The notes under the pieces were generated by a model. It had not been told where the DNA came from. It made no database searches and saw only the letters and a program-made list of their open reading frames with translations. 64,000 nt of DNA from Azolla caroliniana (lineage: Eukaryota; Plantae; Polypodiophyta): NCBI GenBank assembly GCA_043228905.1, contig JBHGNT010000012.1, forward strand, positions 19,964,001 to 20,028,000, in the 5' to 3' direction. A program made the translations under genes and the position numbers. Each line of letters starts with the position of its first letter. Within the stretch, counting starts at the first letter, position 1. Shown piece by piece: positions 12,014 through 26,230 of the stretch.

Positions 12014-15000
12014 ATGCTTCCTGAGAAGAGAGGTGCCAGAGGAGATTCAGGAAGCATGTTGAAGAAACCGCTGCCCGAGGACAATGCCACAGCGATCGAG
12101 GAGTCCATGCCCTCTGATATCACGTCTGGAATTGATATTGATGAGGATCTTCACAGTCGTCAATTGGCTGTCTATGGAAGAGAGACCATGAGACGGCTCT
12201 TTGCTGCAAATGTGCTGATCTCGGGGCTTCATGGTCTAGGTGTTGAAATAGGTAAGCATCCATCATCCACTAGCACTCCAAAGTTGTGTGCTCCACTAGG
12301 GAAGAAGGGCATGCGGCACAAACCAGTCTTGGTAGAAAATGTCAGGCCTAAAAAATAGTGCAATTGTGAAGTGTTCAAATAGGTAAGAATGTGCTTGCAA
12401 TGTAACGCTCGTTGTGGCTGGCCTAACGCACAACGATGCATGGCACATAGTTCCTATGATGCGCAAAGTTTTGCTTGCTACTCGACCAAGTTTCCTTTCA
12501 TACATAAAGTTGTAGGAAATTATGATTTTAACTACCTAGGGTCTCTAGCGCCAGAGATCATGTTAGAGTAAAGAAATACACAAGGTACATCTGATTGGGT
12601 GTAATTTTTGAATTTGATTCACTACTCTGAAATTAGAAGATTTTTTAGAAACAGCCCTAGCAGGTTTTTTTTTGCTGGTATTGATCTAGATCTGGACACT
12701 TGGATTGAATCTGGAGCATTCTAGTATACTAGTGCACAAAGATATGATTGCCTAGCAGGTGGTACACAGGATAACATATGATGCACCCTTTGTCCCTATG
12801 TGTTGCCAACAGGATCTAGAGTATTTTAATCAAGAAAGATTAATGAAATTTCCAGTGAGTATTAGTGCTGTAGCAATGCTGTAAATTGAGTCCATCTAAA
12901 GCTTAATTAGTGCCAGTGTTAGTATTTTCATTGTTTCTAAAATTCTGATATTTCATGTAAGGTTTTTACTGCCCGATGGGAACATTGAAGGTGACAGGTG
13001 AATAAAAAGAATACCATAACCAACTTAATATTAAAAAATGTAATGAGAATGGACAGATAATCATGAAACAAACAGGCAAAATCCCTGAAGGCCCTGCACA
13101 TTTGGTGACTTTGTCCCATCACACCAGTATCTAGTGTAACAAACATAAATATGATCATGCTTTTTATGTTAGCTTTCAAGTTTGAAGTTCATTGTATTGG
13201 ATTGTAGGTTGATTTTCTTTTTTTTAGGGAAAACCTCTTAATATCACAATATGGTTGGTCAACTGAATCACATTGAATTCCATGAATTGTGTACAGTGGA
13301 GAAACTATCCATATAAGTCTCATGAATGATGAGACATTGACCACACTTACTCGTACATCATGTTCTGACTTTGGGTGCTGCATTCCATATATATATTTTA
13401 CAATAGAACTTGCATATAAATTCATAATCAATGAAGAATCTATGTGCCGCTTGGCCTAAATCTCAATCTCTTTTGTCAGTTGAATCATAGGAACTATGTG
13501 CACTTTAGGTGGAATTGAGACCCAAATGCGCAGGGTTTGAGTATTGATGATTGTTAAAACGCACACCTTTCACAGAACTATTTTCGTTCTTTGTAATGCC
13601 ATCATTATTTGACATCTGACCTATGGCATGCTGCAAAGGCAACCAGAATTCTATCATAGAGGGTATGATCTTCTGAAAGGATTTGCTTCACCTATCAAAG
13701 TGGTGAAACCAATTACTCAAATCCCTCACGGAAAGCTGCATATAGAGTTTTAGAACTACTTGCAAACTGTTACATGTGTAGGCATTTGGGTTTTTACAAC
13801 ACCATTTTTAAGTTCACTTTAATTTGGTCCAATCTTGCTTATTTTCTCTATAATTTGTAAGGATCTAGGGGCATTTCTCTCTCTTGAATACTGTTAAAGG
13901 AAATGCTAATTCTTGTTGATATTGTTTCATAATTCTAACTTCGTGAAATCAATTTGGATGCAGCAAAAAATGTGATACTTGCTGGTGTCAAGTCTGTGGT
14001 GTTGCATGACAAAAAGTCTGTTGAGACATGGGATCTTGGGGCAAACTTCTATTTTTCAGAGTCTGATATAGGGAAGAACAGAGCACTTGTATGTGCTAAT
14101 AAGTTGCAAGAGTTGAATACAACTGTTCTTGTTACAGCAGACACGTCTGAAATAACAGAAGCCTTGATATCTGATTTTCAGGTAGTTATTTCCGTACTGT
14201 TTCAACTATAATTTTCTGTCTATGTACAATTCAATTGATTGAGGATATGATAACATGAAAGTTTGTGACAATAGTAGAATTTCCTCTAAGAATGGAAAAT
14301 TTAATTGCACTTGGGACTGTTCATACTGTAGTTTTCTTACTTATGTTTACTGGCTATACTGTAATATCAACACATATACTATTCAGTTAATTTAGTGTGG
14401 TGTGCACATACTGTAAATTTCTTGAACCCACATCTTAGTTGTATGGAATGTACCGAAAATGGAAATGACTTTACAAAATAATTGTGGGAAATGTTGCCCC
14501 AAATTACTAAACAGTGGGATAGGATTCCATTTTAGGTTAAAAAACAGGTAAATTTAATAACTAAAAATACACAGATTTAGTAACTCACTAAAATAAAGGA
14601 ATAACATAATCTACATTCATAAAGTTAAGACGATAAAGATTACACGCCCAAATCAACTAACAAAGCAAATGCTTCCCAATCATAGCCAGTTGTATATTGT
14701 AATTTGCTACTAAGGTGATTGTTATTCTTGATTGCTAATTTAATCTATAGATAAATATAATGACTGTTTTGCAGTGTAAGAAAAAGGTTTCTCGTTTTGT
14801 AAATTGTTTAATTATTACAACTGGTCACTTTTTAAACTAGTTTTTTTAATTAAACGTAGTTACGTCATTTATTTCTCTCATTTTGGGGCCGTTTCAGAGG
14901 TCCTGAAATGCTCACCTATGATGGAAACGCAGGAACACTGTTTCCAGAAGTAGGGGAGGCATTTCCTGCGATTTAAACCCACCTCTTTTGTTAAGGAAAC

Positions 15001-18000
15001 ATTTGTGACAAACATAAAGCTCCTCTAAGAACAGAAAATTAATTGCAGGTTGTTGTCTTTACTGACATCTCTCTGACTGAGGCAATTGCTTATGATGATT
15101 TCTGCCGCCAAAAGTCCCCACCAATTGCTTTCATTAAGGCTGATGTGCATGGGCTTTTTGGGAGTGTATTTTGTGACTTTGGGCCAGCGTTCACTGTCTT
15201 TGATGTTGATGGTGAAGAACCTCATACAGGCATTATTGCATCTATTAGCAATGGTAATCCAACTTTGGTATCGTGCGTTGATGATGAGCGCCTGGAATTC
15301 CAAGATGGTGACTTGGTTGTGTTCTCGGAGATACATGGAATGGATGAGTTGAATGATGGAAGACCAAGAACAGTTAAAAATTGCAGCCGGTACTCTTTTT
15401 TCCTTGAAGAAGATACCACCAGATTTGGAACATATGAGAAGGGAGGAATAGTTACTCAAGTCAAGCAACCAAAGTTGCTTAATTTCAAGTCATTACAAGA
15501 AGCATTGCAGAATCCCGGTGAATTCTTGTTGAGTGATTTTTCCAAGTTTGATCGACCCCCATTGTTGCACCTAGCTTTCCAAGCTCTTGATAAATTCCGT
15601 GATGAATATGGATATTTGCCAGGAGCAGGGAACAGTGATCAGGCTTCAAAATTTATCCATTTGGTGAAAAATCTTAATGAATGCAATGGGGATTTAAGGT
15701 TGGAAATGATTGATGAAGAGGTTCTCAAGCTGTTTGCCAGTGGTTCGCAATCAGTTCTGAATCCCATGGCAGCCATGTTTGGAGGCATAGTTGGACAAGA
15801 AGTCATTAAGGCATGTTCTGGAAAGTTCCATCCACTGTTCCAGGTGAGATTATCAAACTTGTTTCTCATTTCAGTTGGGCTTGTTTGGTGAGGGTTTTTT
15901 CAAAACAGGTCCAGAAATGGTTAAAAAAGTGTGTTTTACTATGTATGATATTTGCCAAAACGTGTTAACGTTTTATACCATTTCTGGGGTCTTTCACACA
16001 CAAATGGTAAAACAGGAATTATTTTCAATTCAGGAAAATAAGCTTGCCGAAAATCTGGGAATGACAAAATACGCTCTACTGATGAATGCTCATTAGTAAC
16101 TGTCTGGATTTTCATGAGAAAAATCTGATATTGGTCACAAAGATTATTTGCTGACATCACTTTCTTGCAGTTCTTCTACTTTGACTCACTGGAGTCTCTT
16201 CCAATTGAGCCATTATCTGAACAAGACATTGTGGTCTCAAACAATAGATATGATGCACAAGTTTCTATTTTTGGGCAAGAGATGCAGAAGAGGTTGCACG
16301 ATGCAAAAGTGTTTGTGGTTGGTGCTGGTGCACTTGGCTGTGAGTTTTTAAAGAACTTAGCTTTAATGGGGGTTGGTTGTGGTAGCAAGGGGAAGTTGAT
16401 TGTCACAGATGATGATATTATTGAAAAAAGCAACCTAAGTAGACAGTTCTTGTTTCGTGATTGGAATATTGGACAAGCCAAATCCACAGTCGCGGCAACT
16501 GCAGCATTGGCTATTAATCCCAACCTCAGAATTGAGGCCCTACAGAATAGGGTTAGCCCAGAAACTGAGAATGTCTTTGATGACAGATTTTGGGAGAGTA
16601 TTGACGTAGTTATTAATGCATTGGACAATGTAAATGCGAGGCTTTATGTGGATTCAAGATGTGTTTATTTCCAGAAGCCACTTTTGGAGTCTGGTACGCT
16701 AGGTGCAAAATGTAATACTCAGATGGTAATACCCCATTTGACTGAAAACTATGGTGCTTCAAGAGATCCTCCTGAGAAACAAGCCCCAATGTGCACCCTA
16801 CATTCCTTTCCACATAATATCAATCATTGTCTTACATGGGCACGATCGGAATTCGAAGGTCTATTAGAAAAGACACCTGCTGAGGTAAATACATATTTAT
16901 CAAAGCCAGAGGAGTACAAGGCAGCGATGAGATCAGCAGGAGATGCTCAAGCTAGGGAGTTGTTGGAGAGAGTGGTTGAATGCTTGGTTACAGAGAAATG
17001 CAATACATTTGAGGATTGCATATTTTGGGCCAGGAGAAGGTACTTGCACTATCTCAAGCAACTGATTCAGCTTCATTCCTAGGCTTGTCGCATTAGGGAA
17101 AAACTGACCTCAAAGCTAATACATGTTTTTAGGTTTGAGGACTACTTTGCGAACAGAGTGAAGCAGCTGATTTATACATTTCCAGAGAATACGATTACGA
17201 GCACCGGTGTTCTTTTCTGGTCAGCTCCCAAGAGGTTCCCGAAACCTCTCGAGTTCACCTTTGAGGATCCTTCTTGTAGCTCTTTTTTAACCGCTGCGGC
17301 TTTTCTAAGGGCTCAGACATATGGAATTGCCATTCCTAATTGGGCTTCAAATAGCAAGAAGGTAGCAGAGGTTGCCGATAAGCTGGAGTTGCCTCAGTTT
17401 CAACCCAGACAAGGAGTGAAGATTGTCACAGATGAAAAAGCTACAAGCCTTAACTCACCTGCATCTGATGATTCCATTGTAATAGAGCAACTTATACAGG
17501 CATTGGATAATGGAGCATGCAGTGTACCTCCAGAGTTCCGGATGACTCCGATACAATTCGAGAAGGTAATCAAAATTCAAACCGTGTTCTCAATTCAGTT
17601 TGATTTAAAAATAACGGAGTCCCATGAAATGTAGGATGATGACACAAACTTCCACATGGACTTTATTGCTGGCCTTGCCAACATGAGAGCGCGGAACTAT
17701 GGCATACCTGAGGTGGATAAGCTGAAAGCCAAATTCATTGCCGGCCGAATCATCCCAGCCATTGCGACCACTACTGCCTTAGCCACCGGCCTTGTATGCT
17801 TGGACCTTTACAAGGTTCTCTTGGGGCACAAGGTAGAGAAGTTTCGGAATACATTTGCAAACTTAGCATTACCACTTTTCTCCATGGCCGAACCTGTACC
17901 CCCAAAGATAAGCAAACATGAGGAAAGGACTTGGTCCATATGGGACCGATGGGTGATATCCGAGAACCTGACTCTTAATGAGTTGCTGAGTTGGTTCCAA

Positions 18001-18225
18001 GACAAGGGTTTGGCGGCGTATAGTATCTCGTGTGGTCAGAGCTTGTTGTATAATAGTATGTTCCCAAAGCATAGGGAGAGATTGGATAGGAAAGTATTAG
18101 ACCTTGCTAAGCAAATTGCTAAGCTGGAGATATTGCCAACTCGCCACCACTTTGATATTGTTATTGCATGTGAAGATGATGAAGGCAATGATGTAGATGT
18201 ACCCCTGGTTTCTATTCGCCTTTGA
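12014..18225 (+). CDS. UBA1: Ubiquitin-activating enzyme E1 (about 1047 aa, 6 coding exons)
   Basis: Exons 12014-12251, 13964-14181, 15049-15843, 16171-17039, 17133-17565, 17635-18225 (3144 nt, all GT-AG, in phase). Motifs: MLPEKR start, [31 protein letters not shown], catalytic [24 protein letters not shown]-terminal UFD domain. A non-coding first exon probably lies at about 10570-10679. Confidence 0.97.
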
Positions 18226-20182
18226 GGGCCGAGGATTCTTGTACTTCAGCCATGTGACTTCATTTCATGTACTAAATAAAGCCATATCCAAACATTTCTA
18301 TAATAAAACATGCTGATAAGATTGCACTAGTTACATGTCTTCTCTTTTCCTCTTCTTGTTTGTAATTTCCTAAACGAAGTTGTTTGGGTGTCGGTAATTC
18401 TCAGTCGTCAATGACTATGCATAGGCCAAAGGAATTTGGGTATCATGTGTAAAATGCATGGTGCTCTATTGTCTTGATGGTTATTGTTAGGGTTTGTTAT
18501 GGTAAAAGTTTGGATAGTGGATAAACCCAATATGAATTCCCATTCTAAAACTCAACATGTTGAATTATATTCCTGTTGGTGCCCTATTGTCAAATCATTG
18601 ATTACCTAGACAATCTAGATAAATTCATTATTGAACTTAGTAAAGCTGTCTATAGAATTCTTAGTTGAACTTATCAAGCTCAGCGAAACACATGTTTATG
18701 CATGGTTATGGCATGCTCAATTCAATTGATTATGACGTCATAGACTAGAGCATGGATTGATATGAAAGAATATTTTTTAAGCCCATTTTGCATATAGAAC
18801 ATCTTTGTTTGGTTGTTCGTAGAAGTCTAAATGTATGAATCCTTGCATAATGTGTTCTTGTACATATGCAATCTTTATATAAATATTTTGTGAGTTGGGC
18901 TATTATATAAATATTATATGAGATGAGTAATTTACTAGAAATATTGGAGAACAAGCACTATATGTAAAATTCCTTGACCATGCAATTGGCTTATTTTCAA
19001 CATAACTAGTTTGTCTTACGTATATGTTTACTTTGGTGTTTGAAGATTGTGGTATTCAACAAATCATTTTGGGAGCGTACATGCTTTGAAGAAATATTTT
19101 TGTGGTGCAAATTCTTTTGCGCATGGTTGCATTTAGTGGCAACCAAGCTGGTATACATTGTTGTTTGCACTTTACAAGAGTCTTTGGGCAGAATGACCTT
19201 GGCAACTACTTTAGATGGGACTATAGATAGTAAGATAACCCTTGTTTTCTTCTTCCGCACCCTTGGGTGGCTTCTTTGCAAGAGTGGACCATGAGGCCTT
19301 ACGTTTGCTAGTCTATAGATGTCAATGGTTTGCTCATGAGTGGGGTTGCTAACTGTTCATATCTTTGTATGGTGGTGACTTGATTGTAATACTCATGTTT
19401 AGTTAAGAGGTTAAGGATACTTTACAACTGACGGGGGTCCAAACTTCCCATTTGAGAAGTACTTCCAACAATTATCGGGGTGGTGTAAGATAAAGGCTTG
19501 ACATCATTAACAAAATTGTGGTTAACATATTCTAGTCTCCTCTTAATCAAAGTACATCACCCCTCGTCTAACCAAGGAGGAACCTTCGATCTCTCATGCT
19601 CCCAAGTACAAACAAATGCTTTTCAATGAAGCACACATATTGGAAATGCATCAAGAAATTTAGTTCAAAGAAAAAATAGTTCGATAAAGAAAGCCATGAA
19701 GCTTGAGGGTGCCTTATGATTTTGGATGTAGTCAATGATAAAGAAATTGATCAAAAGCATTTGCATGAGTACAAAAGGCTTATTCAAAGAAAGAGAAGAA
19801 TATGGGAAGTTGCTCAACAATTTCTCCAAACACAAGAAAAAGCACTTGCATGTGCTGAATTTTGGGGAAATCTAAAGGGGAAACATGTTGAGGGTTATGG
19901 TGCCTTAATTCTTTTGGACTTGTCTATACATTGTAAGAATTTATATGAGCTATATCTTGTCGGAAAAATGATGTGTTATGGTTCTATTTCACATATCTCT
20001 CTCAGTTGGCAAGCGATCTTCAATGTATACAGGGTGAAATGCTCAAATGAACGGGAAAGGAAGCACATACATGGATAAGTGATATGTTTAATCATGCAAT
20101 GCAACATGGCATGCCTTATGATTGAACTATAAATATTTTTTACAAATCATCATGGTTTTTTACCATTGGGAATGCAAACAAT

Positions 20183-21540
20183 ATGTTTTTGTTATATGTG
20201 GATTATGTAGTACTTTTTACAAATACTTTAGGAGATGCACAAAAGCTTATGACGGTCAAGGCATTAGAATTTTTTTGCACGCATACTAAATTAAGTGTCA
20301 ATAGCTCTAAAACAAAGATTATGTTTGTGAAGAGCCAGGAAAAATATAAACCACACATGATGTAAAATAGTGCGCCACTTGAATGTGTGGAAAGCTTCAA
20401 ATATCCTGGCCTTGAAGTTCCTTGAAATCATACATGGAATGAATGTGCTACCCGCTTGTTATGTACACATAACGTTGGTGAGGGTAGGTCACCAATGTTT
20501 ACATTAGTGAAGGGTATGTTCACTAATGTTAAAAAGGGGACTAATGATTGGATAGAAGGAATTATAGGTGCATGTATTATCATGATTTGGACAACTAATG
20601 AATGGAGAGCCTTTTAGAAAGGCACATCTATTCAAGGGGCCTAGGAAAAGGTATAAATATGAGGCTTAGCTACCCTCATAATCACATTACGTCAGAAGGC
20701 TGTTGTCTTAGACACCGGTGGTGCGGGCTAGGCTTTCATCTCGATGATCCTGTTTATCTCTTCCAAGGTATTGGTCATCCTAATATCCGGTGGTATGGGA
20801 CCGTCGGTGGTAGGTTGGTTATGTCTAGATCATAGCTCAGGGGCGGTCGGGTGGAACGGGTTCTTCTATCCATTCTATTTTCCTTCTTTTACTTTATTTT
20901 GGTCTATTGATTAGTAATAGACTCTTAACACCGCTGCTTAGAGGCAAGAAAGAGAACATATTATGCTTTTGAGAACACATGCAATCATGGAGAAATTAAG
21001 TGTTGAGTCCTCAAGAAATACTTTTTCAATACTTTGGTGACACTAGTGCTTCTCTATGGGTTGGACAATTGGGGTAGTAGCATCCCTAAATTTACCTAGA
21101 AAGAGTTTGAAAATGTCCAAAAACATCTTCTTCCAAAGTTTTTGCAAGTTAAGAAACAACGTCATAAACCCTCCTACTTGAGATGAGATCACTTCCAATT
21201 GAGATCATGTCCATGAAAAGGGTTGTCGAATATACGCTAAGGTTCAAAAAAGTCCCTCACATAGACTTCCTAGAATCACATGGGATGTAGTTAAAAAGAT
21301 CTGAAAGACACATAAAAGAAAAATTTTGTGTTTTGGTTGGATGCAAGATATGGGGAAAATGGTTTGGTAGATGGGATGCAACACACTTACTTCATGATGC
21401 ATCATTAGATTCCTCTGTAAGTGAGGTTTTTTTGCAATTATAATGTATCATGACATGAGAAAAATGTGGAGGCTCACGCTTCATACATTATACAACACAT
21501 GTTGCACCTAACTACAAAACCATATTCTTTGTTAAATGAG
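20183..21540 (+). mobile_element. RTE-type LINE 3' fragment (degenerate RT C-terminus), interrupted by a solo LTR
   Basis: 'LLYVDYVVLF...LSVNSSKTKIM', 'VESFKYPG', then after the LTR 'FNTLVTLVLLYG'. Similar motif order to the LINE at 53230-56390. Confidence 0.7.
20457..20930. mobile_element. Solo LTR (474 bp)
   Basis: TGTTA...TAACA termini; exact 5-bp TSD CCGCT at 20452-20456 and 20931-20935; internal TATA-like TATAAAT. Confidence 0.85.
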
Positions 21541-21589
21541 TACATATGTGGATTGTAGATCCTGATCGGATCAGGATCTACAATCCATT

Positions 21590-23284
21590 TATGACTAGTA
21601 TACGCGAGTACTCGAATTGCGTTATTTTGTGTTGGTGTCTCAGTGTCTCGCAATTCAGAGCCTTCGGGTTTGTCTGGTGGTCCCCTACCTCTCGGGATCA
21701 GAGATCCCTCCTCCTCGTGGCCTATCCATTTCTCCATTGTCGTCCTTTGAGTAGTAGATTCCCTAATCAGTAGAGCATTAATGATTTCCGATCTCATAGT
21801 CCATCCGCCCCTGATTCCATGGAGTATGTTCGCTTGATCTTGTAGTGGCAGTGACATAAACCATCGCCAACATTCTATACTTTTTCTTGGACCTTCTACA
21901 ATGTATCCTTGATACATGGGTTCCATAGGATACGTTGACTGAGCCATGCAGGTTCGCATCTCGGTTGGTCACACTTGAGCCCTCGACGAATGTCACACCA
22001 TGCCTTCCACATGGATGCACTGAATCTATCCTCCAATTGGTGGGAGAAACTAGGTTTGAGATCCATGTTTAGAATCCATCCCGTTTGAGGGGTCCAATTG
22101 ACCCCTTTTCGTGGCCTAAAGTAAGCGAAACGTAACCTCAGTAGCATTTTCCAACAGTCATTTCCTAGTTGGAGTCCTCGCACCACAAATTTGGCAAGTA
22201 AGGCTTTCGATTGTGAAAGGGGAACAATAAGACCCTATTCCCCTCTCGACTTAGGCGCTGTGAGTATAAGCCACGCCACCTTGGTGCGAGCTACATGGTC
22301 TTCCTTACCAGACCAAATGTAGTTGCGGACCAATCGTTGAATCTGATGTATACTTTCCTTGGAGATTGTCCAGGATGATAGACTGTACCATGCTGTTGCG
22401 AGTAGTACTTGATTTCCCACTATGATGCGACCCGCTAGCGACAATTTTTCGAGCTCCAATGTATCAACTTTTGTCGAATGGAATGGATAATGGGTGCAAT
22501 CATAGTCTCCGGTAGTATGTTGAAACCAATTTGGAAACCCAAATATTTGGTGCTCGCTCCTTGATTGATCCATTTGATCCATTTGAAAGCGGGATGTGGG
22601 TGCCACACCGGATGTGTTTCTTGAGAGAGCCATATTGCGCAGGATTTGTGCCAATTGATCATGGCGTTGGATCTCTTGCAAAATATAGCTAGCCCACTTT
22701 CTAGCTTTTGGAGGTTTTCCAAGCCCCCTTGCAGGTAGACTGCTGTGTCATATGCAAATTCTATATCCAGGATGCTTTGGTGAGAATGAGGTACGGGAAG
22801 ACCACGTAGGTTGAGATGCCACGAGTTGATAAAGCAAGAGAGTGCTTCAGCGTATAATAGGAATAAGGATGGAGCTAGTGGGCAACCCTGCCGTACAGAT
22901 CGGGATATTCGGAAAAAGGGGCCCCTTTCACCTGCCAGTGAAACGCAATTGTTGTCGTTCCTATAAAGTCCTATAATGCGTTTGATCCATGTCTCTTGAA
23001 AGCCGAGTTTCCCCATCACACTTTCTAGAAAGTTCCAGCATACCCTGTCATATGCTTTCTCAAAATCTAGTAGCACCACCGCTACCTTGTTGTTGGTACG
23101 CTTGGCAAGGGCTACTGCTTCCTAGAATGAGAAGAGGTTGTCTAGGATGCTCCGATTTCTAACGAAACATGTCTGGACGGATGAATGAGTTGAAGGAGAA
23201 GTGGTGTTAAACGGCGTGCCACGATTTTTGCGAGTAACTTATAGACAATATTGAGAAGAGTTATGGGCCGCCACTTGCTAATGT
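21590..23284 (-). mobile_element. L1-clade LINE ORF2 fragment (reverse transcriptase and downstream region), frameshifted
   Basis: 'KWRPITLLNIVYKLLAK', 'LLDFEKAYDRVCW', 'RQGCPLAPSLF', 'FAYDT' (FADD), 'KYLG', 'LSLAGRIIVGNQVL', 'RNYIWSG'. Confidence 0.88.
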
Positions 23285-23492
23285 CGTTGGCATGCTATCG
23301 AATACGAGTGTATAATGGTCGTATTCACACTGTCCCTTTGGACAACCCAAGTTTGGGCTATTTCTATAAATAGCATAAAGGGCAGTTGCCCTAGGACAGT
23401 CACTATATAAAGTGACTTTGTAACCTTTAGAAAAGGTTGGTTGTCATTCTTTGTAAACTATTGCTATTGGAATATAACGTTTTTCTTTGTGC

Positions 23493-23568
<76 letters not shown>

Positions 23569-26230
23569 GTGTCTATCTTGCATATGTGCATACATAGGTT
23601 CTTCTTCATCACGAATGTTGCTTGCACTTCCGCATTGACGGCCTTGTCCCCAACATTTGGTATCAGAGCGTTGGAAGTTCTTCAACCCGCTGCCGGCCGT
23701 CATAGTACACAACACAACATTCCGTTTTCGTTTTCTTTGAAGAACAGAGAAGGGAGAAGAAAAACAAAAAGCTCGCATCGCACTGTGTTAAATCACAAAT
23801 TGGAGTAAGCCAATCGGTTGTACTCTGTTCCTGTGATTGTAACCGCTTGAGGGGAGCTCCTTGAGCAACAACCGACCCAATCGTGCTTCATTCAGTTAAA
23901 CAACATCCGAATAGGTCACTGGACGCTATTCACCCGCTTGTTGTAACCACCCACTACAGATTGGTCTCCAGGAAACAACCAAATTCGTGTTGATCCTCCG
24001 TCCCTGTCATTGCTGCAGTCATCCGAAGCAGAATCTGCCCAAACAATCGGTTTCGTGTAATCGGTATTCGGCATACGATCGGAAGCTAACTGGGCTCACT
24101 TTGACTCGGCAACATTTGGGAAGACCAGCCGGTTCTGTCCCTCAAGTTACCGGAGTCACTCCGAGCAAGTTCAGCAAACAAATATCCGAAACCAAACAAA
24201 CTCGGGTTCAAAACTGACTAGAATGATATCGGGTGAGCCGATCGGCTGCACCTCACTAAGGTTCGTAGTCAACTCCGAACCGGGTCTTCCCAACCGAAAC
24301 CGAATCAGATGGCATCAACATCCGGCTCATCGGAGATGAGTCTAAGGAGGTTCGACGACCCGAACTTCAACTTCTGGAAGGAACAAATGCATGACTATCT
24401 CATAGTCAAGGGTCAGATAGACCCGATTGAGAATGAAAATCCTCCAGAAGCATACAAGGCAAACAAGTGGCTAAAGCTGGACAGAATTGTCCGCGCCACG
24501 ATTTAGATGCACTTGTCGGAGTCAGTGTACTTCACAGTGCAATCATGCACGAAAACTTTTGAACTATGGAAAACACTGTCAGAAACGTATGAAAAGAAGG
24601 TCGCGACAACGAAGATCTATCTGATCTGGCGCCTCTACAACTTGCGGATGAAAGAATCTGATTCGGTTCAGGCACACCTCAATGAGTACGAAAGCATAAG
24701 CTCCCAAATCTCGTCTCAGGGGACGATAATCGAGGATGAACTCAGAGCAATGATACTCATGAGTAGCCTCCCCTCTTCATGGGAAACTTTCGTTACAACC
24801 GTGTGCAATACTTCAACAACTGCCGTTAAGTACTCCGAAGTCACGAGCGCAATCCTAACTGAAGCGGCTCGGAGAAAGTCTTTCGCCGAAGACTCGACAG
24901 ATGAAGCTTACGTAGTACAAGGTTCGACCGACCGATCGAACAACCGGGGAAGAAATTCTTCCCGACCGCCGAACAATCAACGAAGCCGGAGCAAGTCCCG
25001 AGACAACCAAATCTGCAACTACTGCAAGAAACCGGGACACATCAAAGCCGACTACCAGGCACTCAAAGCAAAAACCGATAAAACTCATAGAGTGGATCAA
25101 AAGAGTAGCCGACATGAGGAGGTCAACTACGTCGGCTCTTTAGCCAAAATTTTGACGATCGACCCGAACATACTGTCCATAGAGAACCCAGTCGAATCAG
25201 AAGTTCTGCTTACGACTGAGGAATCGAGCACATGGCTCTTGGACTCAGGCGCATCGTATCATGTGACACCTCACCGATCTCAGTTTTGGCAATACTCGGA
25301 CCGGCACTCCGACTCAGTTTGAGTCGGAAACTCGCATCACTGTGCTATAATCGGAATCGGCACCGTAGAGCTCAACCTTCCGGACAGCTCTACACTCGTA
25401 CTACACAACGTCCGACACGTTCCTGAGCTCTCAAGACCCTTAATCTCAGTCGGACAGCTTGACGAAGCCGGCATCCGTGTCAGATTCTCATCAGGAGGGT
25501 GGACACTCCACAAAGGGAACCTCCTGCTTGCTCGAGGAACAAAGGTACATTCCTTGTATCCTTTATATGTCACACTCAAAGAGGGTGACTTATTTTTGGT
25601 TGATATCCCCGTGTCATCGTTATGGCACGGACGACTTGGACACCTCAGCAAGGCCGGCATAACGCACCTATCCAGAGCCAGTTACATCCCCAATCTCTCC
25701 TTCTCAGATCACCAATTTTGCGAGCATTGCCAATACGGCAAACAGGTAGCCGCATCACACCCGACATTAGCACTAAGGGAATCGAGTCCCCTCGATTTGG
25801 TCCACTTGGACGTCTGTGGCTCGATGCCACATCAGTCTCTCGACGGTGCCTCGTACTTCGTCAGTTTCATTGACGACTCAACTCGGAAGGTGTGGGCTTA
25901 CTCCATCAGAACCAAAGATCGGGTGTTCTCGATCTTCTTCGAATGGCTTGCAATAGTCGAAAATCAGACCGGTCGGAAACTGAAATGTCTCCGAACCGAC
26001 AATGGAGGAGAATTCAAGCCTGAAGAATTCGTCAAATTCTGTTGGGAACATAGCATTCGACGTGAATATACGGCACCCTATAGTTCGGAGCAGAATGGAA
26101 TTGTTGAATGCATGAATCAGACGATTCAAGAACGCGTAGTATCCATGCTCCAACACTCCAGACTGTCGGATGGCTTTTGGGCAGAGGCTCTACCTATGAC
26201 AATACACATAATAAATATGTCGCTAAGTAG
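23285..26230 (+). mobile_element. Ty1/copia element: 5' LTR (about 23285-23655, with a long CT microsatellite), PBS, and gag-pol with two in-frame stops; 3'-truncated in integrase
   Basis: LTR ends CCAACA, followed by TT-TGGTATCAGAGC PBS (23658-23669). One frame runs from 24309 with stops at 24504-24506 and 25320-25322. Motifs: CNYCKKPGHIKAD, WLLDSGASYH, LWHGRLGH, CEHC, VSFIDDSTRK, RTDNGGEF, EQNGIVE. Confidence 0.92.
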
